Below, piece by piece: positions 59,690 through 64,000 of a DNA stretch of 64,000 nt (positions are counted from its first letter, which is position 1; every line of letters begins with the position of its first letter). This DNA is from Callorhinchus milii. Taxonomy: Eukaryota. The stretch lies in NCBI RefSeq assembly GCF_018977255.1, contig NW_024704743.1:108068001-108132000 (forward strand), read 5' to 3'. A program made the position numbers and the translations under genes. A model generated the notes under the pieces. The model saw only the letters and a program-made list of their open reading frames with translations. It had not been told where the DNA came from and searched no databases.

Positions 59690-60155
59690 TGCAGTTTCGT
59701 ATAAACTAGGGAAGTTCCAGGTTTAATTTCAAGTCTGTGATGATCTAGGATTCTAGGTAAATCTTACTTCAAGCAGTACTACCTGAGTCTAAGTCACCCT
59801 GGACTGAGGATAAGAAATATCAGCAAAGGTTTCTGCTTCTGATTGCTATTCAATAATCTCTGATGTGTCAAATAAGAATTGAATTGAATAATACGCCAAG
59901 ATTTACCAAACAGGCTCACATATGAAGATAAATATTTTTTTTACAAAAAATGGCATTCAATCCACGATTGATTGTGGGACACTGCGCAATATGTCTGCCG
60001 CATTTTGCCCACAAAATATACAGTCAATTCACTTTACAGTATATTCTGTGAAGCGCTTTGAGACGTCCTGAAGACTTGTTAATGCGCTGTATCAAATGCA
60101 AGGATTATTTTTATTAGGTAAAGTTCCAAAGTGTTATGGCCTCCTGTGGAATCCT
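59690..60155 (+). mobile_element. AmnSINE2-like ancient SINE interrupted by a SINE 3' half (about 59950-60115)
   Basis: ccctggactgagg...atcagcaaaggtttctgcttctgattgctattca, aggctcacatatgaaga; related to the minus strand of 30225-30540. Confidence 0.5.
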
Positions 60156-60164
60156 ATTATCACC

Positions 60165-60575
60165 TTGTTCACTTGGTAGCACTCTCCCCTCAGAGTTGGT
60201 AGGCTATAGGATCAAGCTCCATGTCGGGACTTTGAACTCACAGTCTACTCTGACATACCATTCTTGGCGATTCTACCCTTTGGATGTGATGTTAAACTAA
60301 AATTCCATCTGCCAGTTCAGATGGACATTAAAGATCTGCTGGCACAATTAGTAAAGTGAAAGGAATTTCTCACGATGTCCTAACCAACAATTCCCCCAGA
60401 TGTAGCTGGTCATTCATTTAAACGTTCTTTGTGGGACATTGCTGTGCATAAATTCTTTGCAACATTTGCTTACAAATACACTGTCATTGCCCTTTACAGT
60501 GAATTCTGTGAAATTCTTTGAGATGTCCTCCTGACTTGATTGGCGCTGGATCTAATGCAAGGATTATTATTTTTT
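60165..60575 (+). mobile_element. Deu-domain SINE
   Basis: ttggtagcactctcccctcagagt head, ggatgtgatgttaaac...catctgccagttcagatggacattaaagatc, tail aatgcaaggattatt. Confidence 0.75.
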
Positions 60576-61189
60576 ATTTTCTCAAGTGAGTTACCATATC
60601 CAAGAGCTAAAAGTACAATGTTTATTAGAATACAATCTTTGTTCAAATACATTTAATTATTTACGGTTTTTATTCGGATATGTTCTTTGTCCAAATTCTG
60701 TGCAATTTAACAACAACAACAACCTTTGCTAAAAAAAACCTCTGTAAGACAAACGAGCAAATTTGTACAAATATTTATTTGGTGACATTAGTTCTGCGTT
60801 GATAACAATCATAGAATTATAAGTTGTTTACAACATGAAAGAAGGCTGTTTGGCTTATCATGGAGACCTGTAGCTCAGTGCTTAGAGCACTCACGTTGCA
60901 AATGAGAGACCCTGGTCAATTTTTTTTTGCTAACCTATAATGTCAAGAAGTCATCCTGTATCAGTTTAAACATGAAAGGACTTTACAAAGTGAATACTGA
61001 TAGAGTTACATAGGCCTAAGCCAATCTCTGTAAAGATTAAGTGGAACATATCCATTGTACTTCAGAAAGTCAAAGTTTGGTTTGTAATTAACAGGTATTG
61101 TGAGGGATTGTTGCAATTTATGGATCAATCTTATTATTCTTTGCCTCCTTTACATGTATTTGTGTACATGTGTTTCGTGTCTGCACATT

Positions 61190-61470
61190 ATGTGTGTGTG
61201 GATGTGGATGGATGTAGGGAGCAATGTTAATGGATTGGAGAATAGCGGTGAAAAATTGTGCTCTCACCAGGCCGCACCTGGAGCACTCTGTTCAGTTCTG
61301 GTATAAGGGGCCTGACCAAGCCCAGGTAGTGCAGAGGAGAGTAATGAGGATGATCCCCAGTCTAAGAGAAATGAGCTTTGAGCAATGATTAGATAAGGCT
61401 CTTCAGTCTTGAAAAAATGACTTCTCAAGGGGACATTGTAGAGTGTGTAAGATTTGAAATGGGATTGAGA
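61190..61470 (+). mobile_element. Old CR1 fragment
   Basis: aggccgcacctggagcactctgttcagttctgg (RPHLEHSVQFW), ttcagtcttgaaaa. Confidence 0.65.
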
Positions 61471-61594
61471 AAGTACAGTGGAAATCCGGTTTGTGGTCAC
61501 CTCAGTAATCCAGCTGGCTCACAGTTGCGGGCACATTTTCACAGGCTCCTTCATTGTCAATGTTAATAGATAGGCTGTCTCTGTGCTTCAGTAA

Positions 61595-61885
61595 ACCGGG
61601 CATCTCACTATTCAGGACAACGGTCATTGATTGCGGACGCTACAGCGCCCCTCCGGTACAAACGCGGTACAAGCACCCACTTCCGCTACTAACCTGTACA
61701 CAGTGCGCTAGGCCTTGGGTTTAACGTGCTGTTTCCGTGACGCTGCTACTGTGGGCAGAGCGAGCTCCGGTCGCGCATGCACGGCACGGGGAGTGTTGGG
61801 ATCGTGGAAGCGGCGCAAGTGGGAAATTGACTTCGCCCGGCGCCCGCGGCCTAACCTGAGCTCCTGTGGCCAATTCTTGGTAAGT
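61595..61885 (+). promoter_or_regulatory. CpG-rich promoter-like patch ending in a splice donor
   Basis: Dense CpG; CACTTCCG at 61678; CGCGCATGCAC at 61772; G|GTAAGT at 61880. Confidence 0.35.
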
Positions 61886-62029
61886 GCTGTAAACATGTCA
61901 CCACGGGAGGAGTTGTCTTTACCTGAGAGAGTGGACTTGATCAAGAACAGTGAGGGCAAAAGTCACGGACTGTGATCTATGGCATCGGCAGAACACAAGT
62001 TGGATGCATTCTCAAAAGGTAGGCTGAAT

Positions 62030-62820
62030 ACAACAACAACGACAACAACAAAATTACATTTGTAGAGCGCCTTTCATGTCAGGAGGACATCCCAAGGTGC
62101 TGAACAGTCAGGGATCAGGACCCAAGTGTAAGGAGCAGGGTTGGGAAATGGAAGGGCAGAGGGGGTAGGAGGGCGGCTGAAGGCACAGTCAAAAAGGAGG
62201 GTCTTGAGTCGTGCCTTGTAGGAGGCAAGAGAGGGAGCAAGGCAAAGGGATTGTAGGATGGAGTTCCAAAGAATGGGGGCAGAAAGGCTGAAAGCCCCGT
62301 CGCCGATGTTAGGGCAGGTTGGGTGGGAGACATGGAGCAGGCCAGAGCACACTGAGTGGAGGGAGCGGACAGGTTGATGGGGATCAGCAGGTTAGAGATG
62401 TAGGGGGGTCAAGACCGTGGAGAGCTTTAAAAGTGAGGCCGAGGATTTTGAATTCTATTCTCTGAGTGATGGGGATCCAGTTGAGCCAGGTGAGTGTGGG
62501 GATGATGGGGTCACGGAGTCTCGTGCGGGAGAGGACACGAGCGGCAGAGTTCTGGATGATCTGCAGCTTATGGAGGGAAGAATTGGGGAGACTGACAAGG
62601 AGGGAGTTTCCGTAGTTGAGTCTTGAGGTGACAAATGCGTATATGAGGGTTTCAGCGGCCTGAGCAGTGAGGCAGTGGCGGAGTCGGGCAATGTTGCGGA
62701 GGTGGGGGAAGGCAGAGTGGGTCATGGTATGAATATGGGGGAGAAAGGACAGTTGAGGGTTGAACAAGCCATCAGGTTCTTAACTGGCTTGGCGAGATGG
62801 AGTGTGCAACTGTGGATGCT
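62030..62820 (-). mobile_element. L2 3' fragment
   Basis: ORF 62384-62767 FNPQLSFLPHI...SRLNYGNSLL...IQNSAARVL; (caa)n tail. Confidence 0.93.
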
Positions 62821-63296
62821 GAAATATATGAAGTGAAGTAGTTTGAGCAATGGTGCTAAGTCTTTTCTGCCAAATGAACCATTCTCAACAATTCCGCTTG
62901 AACATTTTGGATCAATAGTGGATCAATTTTGATTCCCTCATATTTGTGTCACCTAAAAGCTCTTGCTCGGAATATCCCCCATTACAAAATGCTTACAGAT
63001 TGTCTTATCTGCTTTGATTAGAGATGAAACTTCTAAAGAGAAACAAATCAAAATATTCCAACTGTTGAGACATCACTTCAAAAGGAATGAATATTCAAAT
63101 CAATGCGGTTCCAGTGTTGAGTTGGGTTCAAAACATAAACTGACAAACTCACAAAGCAATATATTCAGCTGAGTGGATTGTTCAATTGAATGGATCAAAA
63201 AGCCAGTCAGACATGCTATTTTACAGAATGATGCATTATCTCCCTATTCCATCCCTGGAAGAGTTGACCCCTATGCTATGCAATATTATATAATAT

Positions 63297-63475
63297 AGGA
63301 GTCCTGTAGCGTAGTGTTAGCATGCTCGTTTTGCAAGCGAACGGATCCGGGTTTGATTCCCAGGCAGGACAAAACCTTAGCCAGGTTTCCTTACTCCAAA
63401 TGGCTCTGTTTACCTAGCAGTAAGTAGGAACCCGGTTGTTAGTTGATTGGTGGATTGCTTTCCGGGAGTAATGGT
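63297..63475 (+). mobile_element. SINE 5' half
   Basis: ggagtcctgtagcgtagtgttagc...gggtttgattccc...ctctgtttacctagcagtaagtagg. Confidence 0.85.
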
Positions 63476-63494
63476 TTCTGCCGGTGGGGTTAGA

Positions 63495-63753
63495 AAGTGG
63501 GCTGGTCTTCTGCCCCCACCCCCTGGAACTTCATCCCGCAGTCCCTCCACCTCGCCCCCTCCCTTGCCACCTTCAAGACCCATCCCAAAACTCTCCTCTT
63601 CACCCGTGCTTTAGATTTCCCTGCTTTCCCCCCTGCCCTCCACGACCCCGACTCCCAGCTTGGGTCCGTAACTCTATCTGTCCACTGCCTTGAGACGTCC
63701 TCCCGACATGAAAGGTGCTTTACAAATGTAATTTTGTTGTTGTTGTTATTGTT
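63495..63753 (+). mobile_element. L2 3' fragment
   Basis: ccttgagacgtcctcccgacatgaaaggtgct followed by (ttg)n. Confidence 0.88.
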
Positions 63754-64000
63754 GTGGGCGAACGCTGTAGCCAATTGGCACACAGCTCTATTCCACAAAC
63801 AGCCATGCAATGAATGACTAATTTTATTTGGGGCATTATTTGCCAGGACACTAGGAGAAACTCCCCTCTCTTGTCAAATAGTGCCAAGGGATCTTTAACA
63901 TCCACCCAAACAGGCAGATGGGACCTCGGTTTAACGTTCAAAGGCCAGATGCACTTCGGACAGTGCAGTTCTTCCCTAGCACTGAACTGGCAAAGCAGAT
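63754..64000 (-). mobile_element. Deu-domain SINE (partial)
   Basis: gccaggacactaggagaaactcc, atagtgccaagggatctttaacatccacc, gggacctcggtttaacg. Confidence 0.8.

Noticed and set aside
61643..61657. CTCF site cagcgcccctccgg
   Set aside because: Only the GGCGCTG end matches; spacing to the CC..AG half is wrong.

Overview
Vertebrate nuclear DNA, not prokaryotic. The repeat content (L2 and CR1 LINEs, tRNA-derived and Deu-domain SINEs, Penelope-like termini) points to a cartilaginous fish, probably a chimaera or elephant shark; this is an inference. The only host gene I can support is the 54-nt first coding exon of an NKAIN-family gene, best match NKAIN3 (MGCCTGRCTLIFLCTLQL followed by gtgagt). 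It sits behind a CpG- and microsatellite-rich promoter and occurs twice (27810 and 41241). The doubling comes from a near-identical direct-repeat block at 26923-49595 with order A-B1-B2-B1-A-B1-B2. A and B2 are both about 2.5 kb, which suggests a gap-filling artefact across overlapping contigs rather than a real duplication. The rest is upstream intergenic DNA and intron 1, filled with transposon remnants. Points worth follow-up: a non-autonomous Helitron candidate, a SINE variant with about 75 extra nt in its tRNA head, a decayed hammerhead-like motif, a CTCF site with its upstream module, an intronic CpG-rich promoter-like patch, and a cryptic 16-17 bp minisatellite. I found no convincing new protein-coding system. 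Repeat family names come from recalled consensus sequences and were not database-verified; repeat boundaries are approximate.
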